Shown here one piece after another: positions 28,553 through 37,180 of a stretch of 47,992 nucleotides of DNA; position 1 is the stretch's first letter; every line of letters starts with the position of its first letter. The translations under genes were made by a program, and so were the position numbers. The stretch is from assembly GCA_947453795.1 (NCBI GenBank), contig CANGIC010000001.1, forward strand, positions 1 through 47,992, read 5' to 3'. The notes under the pieces were generated by a model. The model ran no database searches, was not told the origin of the DNA, and worked only from the letters and a program-made list of their open reading frames with translations. This stretch comes from Flavobacteriales bacterium (GTDB taxonomy: Bacteria; Bacteroidota; Bacteroidia; Flavobacteriales_D; Crocinitomicaceae).

Positions 28553-30037
28553 TTATTTTAACTGTTGAATAAACTGAACACTTTGCTGCATCATAGGTTG
28601 CATGTATTCATCTTGTGAGATATAGGGTACTATTGATCGAAAATCAGCCAGTAAAGACTCCAAAGTCTTGGACGATTTTAAAGGTCTTCGGAATTCAAAT
28701 CCTTGCGCCGCCGTTAATAGTTCAATGCCCTGCAAGGACATGCAATTCTCCATGACTTTATAGAGTTTGGTTGCTGCATTTGCCCCCATGCTCACGTGAT
28801 CTTCTTGTCCGTTTGACGAATCAATGGAATCGACAGATGCCGGCGTGCAGTATTGCTTGTTTTGGCTGACAATAGAAGCTGCCGTATATTGCACAATCAT
28901 AAATCCTGAGTTGAGCCCCGCATTCTCCGCCAAGAAAGGCGGAAGCCCGCGTGTTCCAGAAATCAATTTATAGGCACGACGTTCGGATATGGAACCCATC
29001 TCCGCCATCGCAATGGCCAGGAAATCCATAGTGATTGCCAGCGGCTGTCCGTGAAAATTTCCGGCTGACACGATATCTTCCTCATCCGGAAAAATCGTTG
29101 GGTTATCCGTTACTGCATTTACTTCACGCTCCACAATTGTTGAACAGTAGTCAATGGCATCTTTGGACGCACCATGCACTTGGGGAATACAGCGAAATGA
29201 ATATGGATCTTGGACATGTGCTTTTGACTGACGAATAATTTCACTTCCGTCAAAGACATCCCGAAAAGCTTCTGCCGTTTGAATTTGTCCCTGTTGATTG
29301 CGTATTGCATTGACATTGTACTGAAAAGGTTCTGGCCGGCCATCGTACGCTTCCAAAGAAAGCGCGGCGATTTTCACCCAGTTGTGCCACAGCTGATGTG
29401 CTTTTCCTACCGCATAAGATGCATAGGCACTCATAAATTGTGTCCCATTCAACAAGGCCAATCCTTCCTTTGATCTCAATTCAATGGCTTCGACACCAAT
29501 TGCTTTCAATACTTCAGCGGAAGGATGCTTTACCCCTTGAAACCATACCTCACCTTCTCCGATCAAGGGCAACGAAAGGTGCGCCAAAGGCGCTAAATCT
29601 CCTGAAGCTCCAAGACTTCCTTGTTGGTAAACAACGGGGAGAATATTTTGGTTAAAAAAAGCAATTAAACGTTCGACTGTCACCAGCTGAACCCCTGAAT
29701 TCCCGTGGGAGAGTCCCACTATTTTTAACAGCAACATGCGTTTCACGAGCTGCTGAGGGACTTCTTCTCCCATACCGCAAGCATGTGAAATAACTAAATT
29801 TCGTTGCAACTGACCTAAGGAATTGTTATCCACAGTGGTATCGCACAAAGAACCAAATCCGGTATTGACGCCATAAACGATGCGATCGCTTCCGCCGATG
29901 GTGATGTCCAAGTATTCACGGCAACGGACAATGGCTGCACGTGCGTCATCACCCAACACCAATTCGGTATGCTGCGCCAAAATTTCTTCGATTTCCTGAA
30001 GGGAAATCCATTGATTGTTGATGGTATACTGTTGCAT
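28553..30037 (-). CDS. hutH: Histidine ammonia-lyase
   Basis: 494 aa with the MIO-forming motif GSLGASGDL. Also present are VYGVNTGFG, the HAL-type selectivity pair Ser-His in LVISHACG, LLNGTQ, QDPYSFRC and GQEDHVSM. Confidence 0.85.
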   Translation of the reverse strand: MQQYTINNQWISLQEIEEILAQHTELVLGDDARAAIVRCREYLDITIGGSDRIVYGVNTGFGSLCDTTVDNNSLGQLQRNLVISHACGMGEEVPQQLVKRMLLLKIVGLSHGNSGVQLVTVERLIAFFNQNILPVVYQQGSLGASGDLAPLAHLSLPLIGEGEVWFQGVKHPSAEVLKAIGVEAIELRSKEGLALLNGTQFMSAYASYAVGKAHQLWHNWVKIAALSLEAYDGRPEPFQYNVNAIRNQQGQIQTAEAFRDVFDGSEIIRQSKAHVQDPYSFRCIPQVHGASKDAIDYCSTIVEREVNAVTDNPTIFPDEEDIVSAGNFHGQPLAITMDFLAIAMAEMGSISERRAYKLISGTRGLPPFLAENAGLNSGFMIVQYTAASIVSQNKQYCTPASVDSIDSSNGQEDHVSMGANAATKLYKVMENCMSLQGIELLTAAQGFEFRRPLKSSKTLESLLADFRSIVPYISQDEYMQPMMQQSVQFIQQLK

Positions 30038-30041
30038 TCGA

Positions 30042-31412
30042 CTATGGAATCATTAAATCAATAAGTTCTTGCTCCGTCACGTGCTTTTGCTCGCCACTGT
30101 GCATATTTTTCAGAAGAATGTGCTTGTTTTTCAATTCCTCTTCGCCAATCATTGCCACGAACTTTGCGTTACGGTCATTGGCATATTTGAGTTGTTTTTG
30201 CAATTTCGCTTGGCTCGGGTACAATTCGCAGTCAAGTCCTTTTTGCCGCAGCGCATGAACGATTTTCATGGAAATACGCTCCTCTTTTTCGCCAAAATTG
30301 GTGAAGAGCAAGGAAATCGATTGGTCCGTATCTTCGGGGAACAAGTTCAGCTCGGTGAGGACATCATAAATGCGGTCGGCTCCGAAGGATACCCCCACAC
30401 CAGAAAGGCCTTTCATTCCAAACAAGCCCGTAAGGTCATCATAACGACCACCACCACAGATGCTTCCCATTTTTACATCGTGCACATTCACTTCGAAAAT
30501 TGCTCCTGTGTAATAATTCAATCCACGTGCTAGGGTCACATCAAACGCAACGCTGCCTGTTCGCAACCCCAGTAGTTCAACCTGTTGAAGCACATAGTCC
30601 AATTCATCCAGCCCAATCAATCCAATCTCACTTTCAGCGAGGAATGCCCGCATTAATTTTAGTTTTTCCTCATTGGTGCCTGTGAATCCAAAAAGCGGTC
30701 GAATTTTATCAATGGCCTCGTCAGAAACTCCTTTAGCCGACAATTCGTTCAATACGCCATCCTGACCGATTTTATCCAATTTATCGATGGCTACTGTAAT
30801 GTCAATCAATTTATTGGATTCCCCACTGACCTCAGCGATTCCCGTCAATATCTTGCGGTTATTGAGTCGAATGGTGAAGCCCGGAAGTTTCAAATCTGTC
30901 AATACAGCATCAAACAAGAGGACAAAGTCCACTTCGTAGAGCAATGAATCACTTCCTACGACATCCGCATCGCACTGATAAAATTCCTGGTATCGCCCAT
31001 GTTGAGGACGATCGGCACGCCATACGGGCTGAATTTGGTAGCGTTTGAATGGAAACGAGAGTTCATTTTGGTGTTGAACAACGAAGCGGGCAAAAGGAAC
31101 AGTTAAGTCGTAGCGCAATGCCTTTTCGGACAATGACGATGCGAACCTCGGTAAATTATCCGCAGCAAGGGCCTCCAAATCTGCCTTGCGCACCTTTTCG
31201 CCTGAATTTAAAATCCGAAAAATGAGTCGATCCCCTTCTTCCCCATACTTCCCCATGAGGGTTGAAGACAGTTCGAACGAAGGTGTTTCGATGGGCAAGA
31301 ATCCGTAGGTCTTGAACGAACGTCTGATCGTATCAAAAATATAGGTTCTTCGGGCAACATCAGCTGGAAGAAAATCACGTGTTCCTTTCGGTATGGATGG
31401 TTTTTGAGACAT
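30042..31412 (-). CDS. hisS: Histidine--tRNA ligase
   Basis: Class II aaRS motifs are present (KGTRDFLP, YQIQPVWRADRPQHGRYQEFYQCD, GGGRYD). The ATG at 31412 (MSQKPSIPKGTRD) is preferred over the track's TTG at 31433. Confidence 0.92.
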   Translation of the reverse strand: MSQKPSIPKGTRDFLPADVARRTYIFDTIRRSFKTYGFLPIETPSFELSSTLMGKYGEEGDRLIFRILNSGEKVRKADLEALAADNLPRFASSLSEKALRYDLTVPFARFVVQHQNELSFPFKRYQIQPVWRADRPQHGRYQEFYQCDADVVGSDSLLYEVDFVLLFDAVLTDLKLPGFTIRLNNRKILTGIAEVSGESNKLIDITVAIDKLDKIGQDGVLNELSAKGVSDEAIDKIRPLFGFTGTNEEKLKLMRAFLAESEIGLIGLDELDYVLQQVELLGLRTGSVAFDVTLARGLNYYTGAIFEVNVHDVKMGSICGGGRYDDLTGLFGMKGLSGVGVSFGADRIYDVLTELNLFPEDTDQSISLLFTNFGEKEERISMKIVHALRQKGLDCELYPSQAKLQKQLKYANDRNAKFVAMIGEEELKNKHILLKNMHSGEQKHVTEQELIDLMIP

Positions 31413-31430
31413 GTGCGCCACTTTGGTGGG

Positions 31431-31438
31431 CAAAGATA
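31431..31438 (-). promoter_or_regulatory. Candidate -7 promoter box (TATCTTTG) for hisS
   Basis: Exact TAnnTTTG on the minus strand, 18 nt upstream of the ATG at 31412. Confidence 0.55.
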
Positions 31439-31498
31439 GGGAATAATCAGCAGTTTACAGGCATATTTAGCGGCTGAAAAGCATGTTTTTCGGCGCTT

Positions 31499-32536
31499 TC
31501 AGATACTCGTTTTTCCGAGCCAGCGCAGGACATTGTCGTGCCAGATCACATCGGACTCTTGTTGGGTGAGAATACCCGATTCCACCGCAAAATCAATCAC
31601 CCGTCCGGGGTAGGACCTAGCCACGCCTTCCATTTCACCAAGAGGATAAGGATCATCCAGCCCAGCAACAATTTGCGATGCTCCGGCGCGTGTTTTTATC
31701 AACTCCAAAGTGTGGGAGTCATGCACCAATGAATCGAAGAAAAGATTCGGATGTCCTAGAGCTTCCCTAGGATTTGTGGCACCCTCAAAGAGATCAGGTC
31801 GTCCATCAAAACCTTGGAGTCTGCGGCCATAGTTTGCTTGACCGAGCATGCATCCATGCGCAAAGCACGTGCGTACATTCGGGAAGCGGTGCAAAAGGTC
31901 TTTCAAGGTAAACAAATGCAAGGTATCTGCTGTCTGCGCCATCATCCAAACGAGGTGAAATCGCCAGTAAATATCCTTAAGCTTTACCATCTTTTCAGCG
32001 TCGTACGGATGAATTTCCACCGCAAGCTTATATTTATCCGCCAGCTCAAAGATAGGAAACACACTTTCATCGGCTACCGACAACCATTCACCAGCCGCAT
32101 TGAGGTAATGCGTGGGCAAACAGAGTAAGGAAAGATGCAATTCTTCCACACAGCGTTCAATTTCACGCAAGGCATCGTCCATGTACAGTGGCTGAACAAC
32201 AAATCCACTGGTAAATTTATCCGGACGTCGTTGTTGAACACTTGCATTGAAGTCATTTTGCCAGCGAATGGCATCGTCTGCATCTTGTCGTTCCCAACCG
32301 TTGCAATAGATTTGAGATAAGTTGAGCATGACTCCATGATCGATGGAATAGCGCTCCATCCATTCCAATTTTTCCGCAAAGAAAAAACTTGGGTCTGTAA
32401 TAGGTCGCGCCCAATCTTCTTGGCGCATGAATTTCTTATCGTTGTCGATCCAGAATAATTTCTTTTCACGCATGAAATTCGGAATCTCATAGGGTTCAGG
32501 AAGCAAATGTCCGTGTCCGTTGATTCGTTTTTTCAT
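31499..32536 (-). CDS. Amidohydrolase-2 family protein (ACMSD-like metal-dependent hydrolase/decarboxylase)
   Basis: 345 aa with the N-terminal metal motif NGHGHLLPEP and conserved His/Asp positions further on (EIHPYD, FAHGCM, FDSLVHD). Confidence 0.65.
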   Translation of the reverse strand: MKKRINGHGHLLPEPYEIPNFMREKKLFWIDNDKKFMRQEDWARPITDPSFFFAEKLEWMERYSIDHGVMLNLSQIYCNGWERQDADDAIRWQNDFNASVQQRRPDKFTSGFVVQPLYMDDALREIERCVEELHLSLLCLPTHYLNAAGEWLSVADESVFPIFELADKYKLAVEIHPYDAEKMVKLKDIYWRFHLVWMMAQTADTLHLFTLKDLLHRFPNVRTCFAHGCMLGQANYGRRLQGFDGRPDLFEGATNPREALGHPNLFFDSLVHDSHTLELIKTRAGASQIVAGLDDPYPLGEMEGVARSYPGRVIDFAVESGILTQQESDVIWHDNVLRWLGKTSI

Positions 32537-32557
32537 GGCAAATGGGATTCTTGTATT

Positions 32558-33511
32558 TTACGAAAAGAGTGAGTCTACAAATTCGTTGCGGTCGAACAAC
32601 TGCAAGTCATTCATTCCTTCTCCAACGCCAATGTATTTCACGGGGATTTTCATTTGGTCAGAGATTCCAATGACAACACCTCCCTTGGCTGTTCCGTCCA
32701 ATTTTGTAATAGCAAGGGCATTGATATCTGTTGCCAAGGAAAATTGTTTGGCTTGTTCGTAGGCATTTTGTCCTGTTGAACCATCCAACACAAGCAATAC
32801 TTCATGAGGCGCACCGGGAATCACTTTATCCATGACCCGTTTGATCTTTGTGAGCTCATTCATCAGATTCACTTTATTGTGCAGTCGTCCCGCGGTGTCA
32901 ATGATGACCACATCAGCACCTTGTGCTTTGGCCGATTGCAGGGTGTCGAACGCGACAGAAGCAGGATCTGCGCCCATACCTTGCTGTACGATAGGAACCC
33001 CAACGCGTTCCGCCCAAATGATCAGTTGATCCACAGCGGCGGCGCGAAAAGTATCTGAAGCACCGAGGACCACCTTCATTCCCGCTTCCTTGAATTGGTG
33101 CGCCAATTTTCCGATGGTTGTCGTTTTTCCTACCCCATTGACACCAACTACCATGATCACATAGGGTTGACCCTCCGATTTAGGCAGGTGAAAATCAATT
33201 TTTCCGTTGGAATTATTCTCTTCGAGTAGTGCGGCGATTTCCTCTTTGAGGATGGTATTTAGCTCATCAGTACCGAGTACTTTATCCCGAGAAACCCGTT
33301 CTTGAATGCGTTCGATGATTTTCAAGGTTGTTTCAACGCCTACATCAGAGGTGATGAGAATTTCCTCTAGGTTATCCAGTACCTCATCATCGACCTTTGA
33401 TTTTCCAACGATAGAGCGCGCGATTCTGGACAAAAAACTTTGTTTCGTCTTTTCCAGCCCTTTGTCAAGGGTCTCTTTCTTTTCCTTTGAGAACAATCCA
33501 AAAAACGCCAT
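32558..33511 (-). CDS. ftsY: Signal recognition particle receptor FtsY
   Basis: SRP-GTPase motifs GVNGVGKTTTIGKLA, DTAGRLH and TKLDGTAKGG. Confidence 0.95.
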   Translation of the reverse strand: MAFFGLFSKEKKETLDKGLEKTKQSFLSRIARSIVGKSKVDDEVLDNLEEILITSDVGVETTLKIIERIQERVSRDKVLGTDELNTILKEEIAALLEENNSNGKIDFHLPKSEGQPYVIMVVGVNGVGKTTTIGKLAHQFKEAGMKVVLGASDTFRAAAVDQLIIWAERVGVPIVQQGMGADPASVAFDTLQSAKAQGADVVIIDTAGRLHNKVNLMNELTKIKRVMDKVIPGAPHEVLLVLDGSTGQNAYEQAKQFSLATDINALAITKLDGTAKGGVVIGISDQMKIPVKYIGVGEGMNDLQLFDRNEFVDSLFS

Positions 33512-33522
33512 GCGGTTATATC

Positions 33523-33557
33523 ATAAAAAAAGCTTCCTTCAAAATGAGAGGAAGCTT
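33523..33557 (-). terminator. Rho-independent terminator after the rpmB-rpmG-DUF4295 genes
   Basis: On the minus strand, aagcttcc pairs with ggaagctt (8 bp, 12-nt loop) and is followed by TTTTTTTA. It ends 11 nt before the ftsY ATG. Confidence 0.75.
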
Positions 33558-33576
33558 AAAGTTATACAAAACAAGT

Positions 33577-33584
33577 CAAAGATA
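33577..33584 (-). promoter_or_regulatory. Candidate -7 box (TATCTTTG) directly after the DUF4295 stop codon
   Basis: Exact TAnnTTTG on the minus strand, 65 nt upstream of the ftsY ATG and upstream of the terminator hairpin. Its function is uncertain. Confidence 0.3.
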
Positions 33585-33740
33585 CTAGCTCTTGGTGAAC
33601 CACTCTTTCACTTTGTCGTTGTGTACGATTTCTTCTTTGAACGTGTATGAGTTTGTCTTATCAGACTTCACCATCTTAATCACCTTCGTATGCTCTTTAC
33701 CTCCACCTTTTTGGAGTGATGCCACTACTTTCTTTGCCAT
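33585..33740 (-). CDS. DUF4295 family small protein (51 aa), absent from the ORF track
   Basis: My manual translation is MAKKVVASLQKGGGKEHTKVIKMVKSDKTNSYTFKEEIVHNDKVKEWFTKS. The position between rpmG and ftsY and the MAKK...IKMVKS..T..Y.F pattern fit the Bacteroidota DUF4295 family. Confidence 0.75.
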   Translation of the reverse strand: MAKKVVASLQKGGGKEHTKVIKMVKSDKTNSYTFKEEIVHNDKVKEWFTKS

Positions 33741-33749
33741 GACTCAATA

Positions 33750-33938
33750 TTATTTAATCTCTTTATGAACTGTGTAACGCTTCAAGATCGGGTTGAACTT
33801 TTTAATTTCCATTCGATCTGGCGTATTCTTACGATTTTTCGTCGTGATATAACGAGAAGTTCCCGCCATACCTGAATCCTTGTGCTCTGTGCACTCGAGG
33901 ATTACTTGGATTCTATTGCCTTTTGCTTTCTTAGCCAT
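33750..33938 (-). CDS. rpmG: 50S ribosomal protein L33
   Basis: 62 aa, [19 protein letters not shown]...[19 protein letters not shown]. Confidence 0.95.
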   Translation of the reverse strand: MAKKAKGNRIQVILECTEHKDSGMAGTSRYITTKNRKNTPDRMEIKKFNPILKRYTVHKEIK

Positions 33939-33985
33939 TTTGCTCTTTTTAAAAATCTACCGTTTCCCAACGGGTAGAACATGGA

Positions 33986-34222
33986 TTATTTCAAAAAACC
34001 TTTTTCACGCGCTTCTTTCAAGCACGCTGAAATTCCTTTTTTATTGATCGTTCTCAAAGCCGAAGTCGAGATCTTCAATGTGATAGTGCGATCCTCTTCT
34101 GGAAGATAGAACTTCTTAGAGATCAAATTCGGTAAGAATTTTCTTTTGGTTTTGCGGTTGGAGTGAGAAACATTGTTCCCTACCATTACCGATTTACCCG
34201 TGATCTGACAAACTCGTGACAT
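33986..34222 (-). CDS. rpmB: 50S ribosomal protein L28
   Basis: 78 aa, [33 protein letters not shown]. Confidence 0.95.
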   Translation of the reverse strand: MSRVCQITGKSVMVGNNVSHSNRKTKRKFLPNLISKKFYLPEEDRTITLKISTSALRTINKKGISACLKEAREKGFLK

Positions 34223-34296
34223 GTTTTCTTAGTGTTATCCTTATTCTAAAATGGGGTGCAAAGTAAATACTTTTTTGGAAAACGAACAAGTATTAA

Positions 34297-35550
34297 CTAC
34301 TTTTTTTCGTGATGAATTTCTAAAATTTCACAGCGGAGTAAATTCAAGGTCGTCAACACCGTCATTTTTATGTTGCGTTCTCGGTCATCACCGAACCTAA
34401 AATGCTGCACAAAAGTCCTTGATGGCCCTGCGATTGCCACCCATACTGTCCCAACAGGAATCTCCTCTGATCCGCCATCTGGACCGGCCACACCGGTGGT
34501 TGAAACACAATAATCCACATCTAATTTTTTTCGTCCATGCTCCGCCATCTGCCGCGCAATTTCCTCACTCACCAACCCATTTGAAGCAATAGCATGTGGG
34601 TTGACATCAACCAGCGACATTTTCAATGCCGGATCGTACGCGACAATGCTCCCTTTGAAATACGCGGATGCACCAGGTCGACTCACAATATCTTGCGCAA
34701 TGGCGCCGCCAGTTAAACTTTCAACTGTGCCGATGCTCACCCTTTTTTCTTGACAGATTGCGCCCACAACTTCAGAAAGAGTCTGTGCTTCGACGCCGTA
34801 CACATAATGCGGCAATTCGCCTTGAATTTCCTTGAAAAAGGCATCAATTTCCGGTTTATCTTCTACCCCATTTGGTGATGTTATGCGCAATTTCACCATG
34901 CCTGGAGAAGGCAAATAGGCCAGTCCAAATCCCCGATTGCGCACACGATTCTCCCAATCCGCAATGCGTTCCGCTAAAAAGGACTCCCCCAATCCTTGGG
35001 TTAAAATCGTTTGGTGGTAAATCGATTTTAGGGCAAAACGCTCACGCAGACGTGGCATCACTTGCTCCATAATGATGCCTTTCATTTCGTAAGGAACACC
35101 AGGCAAACTGATGATAATGCTGTTTTTTTGCTCAAACCACATCCCTGCCGCTGTACCATAATCATTGGTTAAAATCGTGCAACCCACGGGCAATTCCGCT
35201 TGACGGATGTTTGACTCCAACATCGGGCGATTTCGTTTTGAAAAGAAATCTTCAATTTTTTGCAGCGTGGGGACATGAATTTCTAAGGTAGTCTCGAACA
35301 ATTCACACAAGGTGTGTTTGGTAATATCGTCTTTTGTTGGACCAAGTCCACCGGTAATAATCACCAGCTCGCAGTGATCCATTGCTTCGACTACGGTGCG
35401 TTTTATCTCGGCTTTATCATCGGAAATAGCAATCACGCGGTGCACTGAAATTCCGTTCGCACTGAACAACTGACCAAGCCAAGACGCGTTTGTATTGATT
35501 GTTTGTCCGATCAACAACTCATCCCCAATGGAAATCAATTCTGCTTTCAT
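34297..35550 (-). CDS. cinA: Competence/damage-inducible protein CinA (MoCF-binding domain plus NMN deamidase PncC domain)
   Basis: 417 aa, MKAELISIGDELLIGQTINTNASWL...TGGLGPTKDD..., with a C-terminal CinA domain (TVESLTGG). Confidence 0.9.
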   Translation of the reverse strand: MKAELISIGDELLIGQTINTNASWLGQLFSANGISVHRVIAISDDKAEIKRTVVEAMDHCELVIITGGLGPTKDDITKHTLCELFETTLEIHVPTLQKIEDFFSKRNRPMLESNIRQAELPVGCTILTNDYGTAAGMWFEQKNSIIISLPGVPYEMKGIIMEQVMPRLRERFALKSIYHQTILTQGLGESFLAERIADWENRVRNRGFGLAYLPSPGMVKLRITSPNGVEDKPEIDAFFKEIQGELPHYVYGVEAQTLSEVVGAICQEKRVSIGTVESLTGGAIAQDIVSRPGASAYFKGSIVAYDPALKMSLVDVNPHAIASNGLVSEEIARQMAEHGRKKLDVDYCVSTTGVAGPDGGSEEIPVGTVWVAIAGPSRTFVQHFRFGDDRERNIKMTVLTTLNLLRCEILEIHHEKK

Positions 35551-36983
35551 CTTGACACTTTTTTAAATTTCGCAATAGATTCAATATGTCCTGTATGCGG
35601 AAATTGATCCACGAAAGAGAGTTTCTCCAATTCATATCCTGCAGTGCGCAGCGTATCTGCATCTCGTGCTTGTGTAGATGGATTGCATGAAATATACACA
35701 ATGTTCTCCGCACCCAAATCGATTGTTTTTTGAAGTGTTTTTGGGGCAATTCCAGCACGTGGAGGGTCGAGAATAACCGTCGCGATTTTCCCCAAATATT
35801 CGGGATGTTCTTTCAAGAATTTCCCCACATCGGCTGCAAAAAACTTCACCTTCTCGATGCCATTTCGCTGCGCATTGCGCACGGCATCTTCAATGGCTTC
35901 GGGAACAATATCTACCCCAATCACCTCTACATCTGGACGTTGGGACGATAAAATCTGCCCGATCGTTCCCGTTCCGCAAAACAAATCCATGACCGCAGAA
36001 CCTTCTGGAACGGGCTCTTCGAAGACATAAGACAGTGCTTTGGTATATAATTTTTCTGCGCTACGCGGGTTGGTTTGAAAGAAACTCTCCATGGATATTT
36101 CAAAGGAAAGACCGAGTAACTTTTCAATCACCACGGGTTCCCCATAGACAAGTCGCCATTGGCCATTTTCAATTTTTGCGCGATCTGCCACATTGTCGTT
36201 GATGGTATGTTGAAATCCCGCCAATCGTCTGCCCAATTTCCCCAAAAGAAAATCAGAAAATGCATCCACATCAAAGCGATCTAATCCCTCCGAAGAAGTC
36301 ACCAAGTTGATCAACAGCGCATCCCCATCGAAGGACTTGCGCACGACAATATGCCGAAAGAAGCCCACTTTTCTTGGTGGGTGCCAAGCGGGCAAGCCCG
36401 TTGCTTTAAGAAAGGTGCGAATCTCGTGCAGTATCGTTTCCCATTGTTCATCAAACAATCCACTTGCACGATTGAGATTTTCCACCTTCCACCAGGTACC
36501 TCGACGCTTGAATCCGAGCGCAAATGAATCGTCAACTTCCTCCCCTGATTCGAGGTCGTGTTCGATGGTTGAAAAGCTATATTCCATCTTATTTCGGTAG
36601 AAAAAATGGATAGGGGAGGCAATAAATTCATCAAATTTTGTGGCAATATCGGGCATTCCGCCGATGCGTGAAAACACATCCAAGGTGGACTCTTTCTTCT
36701 CCTTTTCCTGCAATTCTACAGGGACAAAAATATAAGGACCTCCCGAAATTTCCTGAAACGGCAGGGCTTTTTCATTTGCAGATCTGCGTACTACATCCAC
36801 CAATTTTCCTTCTGCATGTCGTTTCCGTTTCACATCAATTTTGGCGCGGACGCGTTGTCCAGGAAAGGAATTGTCCACGAAGACAACATAATTGCCCTCT
36901 TCGGTTTCAATACGTGAAATGCCGCGACCACCAAAGGCATAACCACTAATTTCTAGTTCAACGATTTCTCCTTTTTGGAACAT
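35547..36983 (-). CDS. TRAM-domain RNA (uracil-C5)-methyltransferase, RlmD/TrmA family
   Basis: 478 aa with the SAM motif DLFCGTGTIG, the catalytic Cys in ISCNPSTQARD and an N-terminal TRAM-like barrel. The four-Cys Fe-S motif of E. coli RlmD is not visible. It overlaps cinA as ATGA. Confidence 0.8.
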   Translation of the reverse strand: MFQKGEIVELEISGYAFGGRGISRIETEEGNYVVFVDNSFPGQRVRAKIDVKRKRHAEGKLVDVVRRSANEKALPFQEISGGPYIFVPVELQEKEKKESTLDVFSRIGGMPDIATKFDEFIASPIHFFYRNKMEYSFSTIEHDLESGEEVDDSFALGFKRRGTWWKVENLNRASGLFDEQWETILHEIRTFLKATGLPAWHPPRKVGFFRHIVVRKSFDGDALLINLVTSSEGLDRFDVDAFSDFLLGKLGRRLAGFQHTINDNVADRAKIENGQWRLVYGEPVVIEKLLGLSFEISMESFFQTNPRSAEKLYTKALSYVFEEPVPEGSAVMDLFCGTGTIGQILSSQRPDVEVIGVDIVPEAIEDAVRNAQRNGIEKVKFFAADVGKFLKEHPEYLGKIATVILDPPRAGIAPKTLQKTIDLGAENIVYISCNPSTQARDADTLRTAGYELEKLSFVDQFPHTGHIESIAKFKKVSR

Positions 36984-36988
36984 GTTTA

Positions 36989-37180
36989 TAAAAATGAAGG
37001 GTTTAAATTAAGGACAAGAGACAAAGGACAAGGTACACTTCTTCGCTCTTTGAGCTTCGAAGGACAAGGTACACTTCTTCGCTCTTTGAGCTTCGAAGGA
37101 CAAGGTACACTTCTTCGCTCTTTGAGCTTCGAAGGACAAGGGATGAAGGACGAAAGATTTAAATTCATTCTTCATTTTTA
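36989..37180. repeat. Inverted-repeat-bracketed element: TAAAAATGAAG (36989-36999) and CTTCATTTTTA (37170-37180) flank the 36-bp array
   Basis: An 11-bp perfect inverted repeat. A second shared block, tttaaat (37002-37008 and 37158-37164), lies just inside each arm. Confidence 0.85.
37024..37141. repeat. 36-bp tandem repeat: 3 identical units (37024-37059, 37060-37095, 37096-37131) plus a 10-bp partial unit
   Basis: The unit is aaggacaaggtacacttcttcgctctttgagcttcg, in three perfect copies. Three AAGGACA/AGAGACA heptads precede it (37011-37031). Each unit junction can fold as cttcg-ctc-ttt-gag-(ctt)-cgaag. Confidence 0.95.

Noticed and set aside
28553-30037. The ammonia-lyase as a tyrosine or phenylalanine ammonia-lyase from a flexirubin or aryl-polyene type pathway
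   Set aside because: The selectivity position reads Ser-His (LVISHACG), as in histidine ammonia-lyases, rather than His-Leu or Phe-Leu. No CoA-ligase or polyketide genes are nearby.
34259-34266. A possible -7 box upstream of rpmB (TTACTTTG on the minus strand)
   Set aside because: It is one mismatch away from TAnnTTTG (TT instead of TA). It is plausible as a promoter, but I listed only exact matches.
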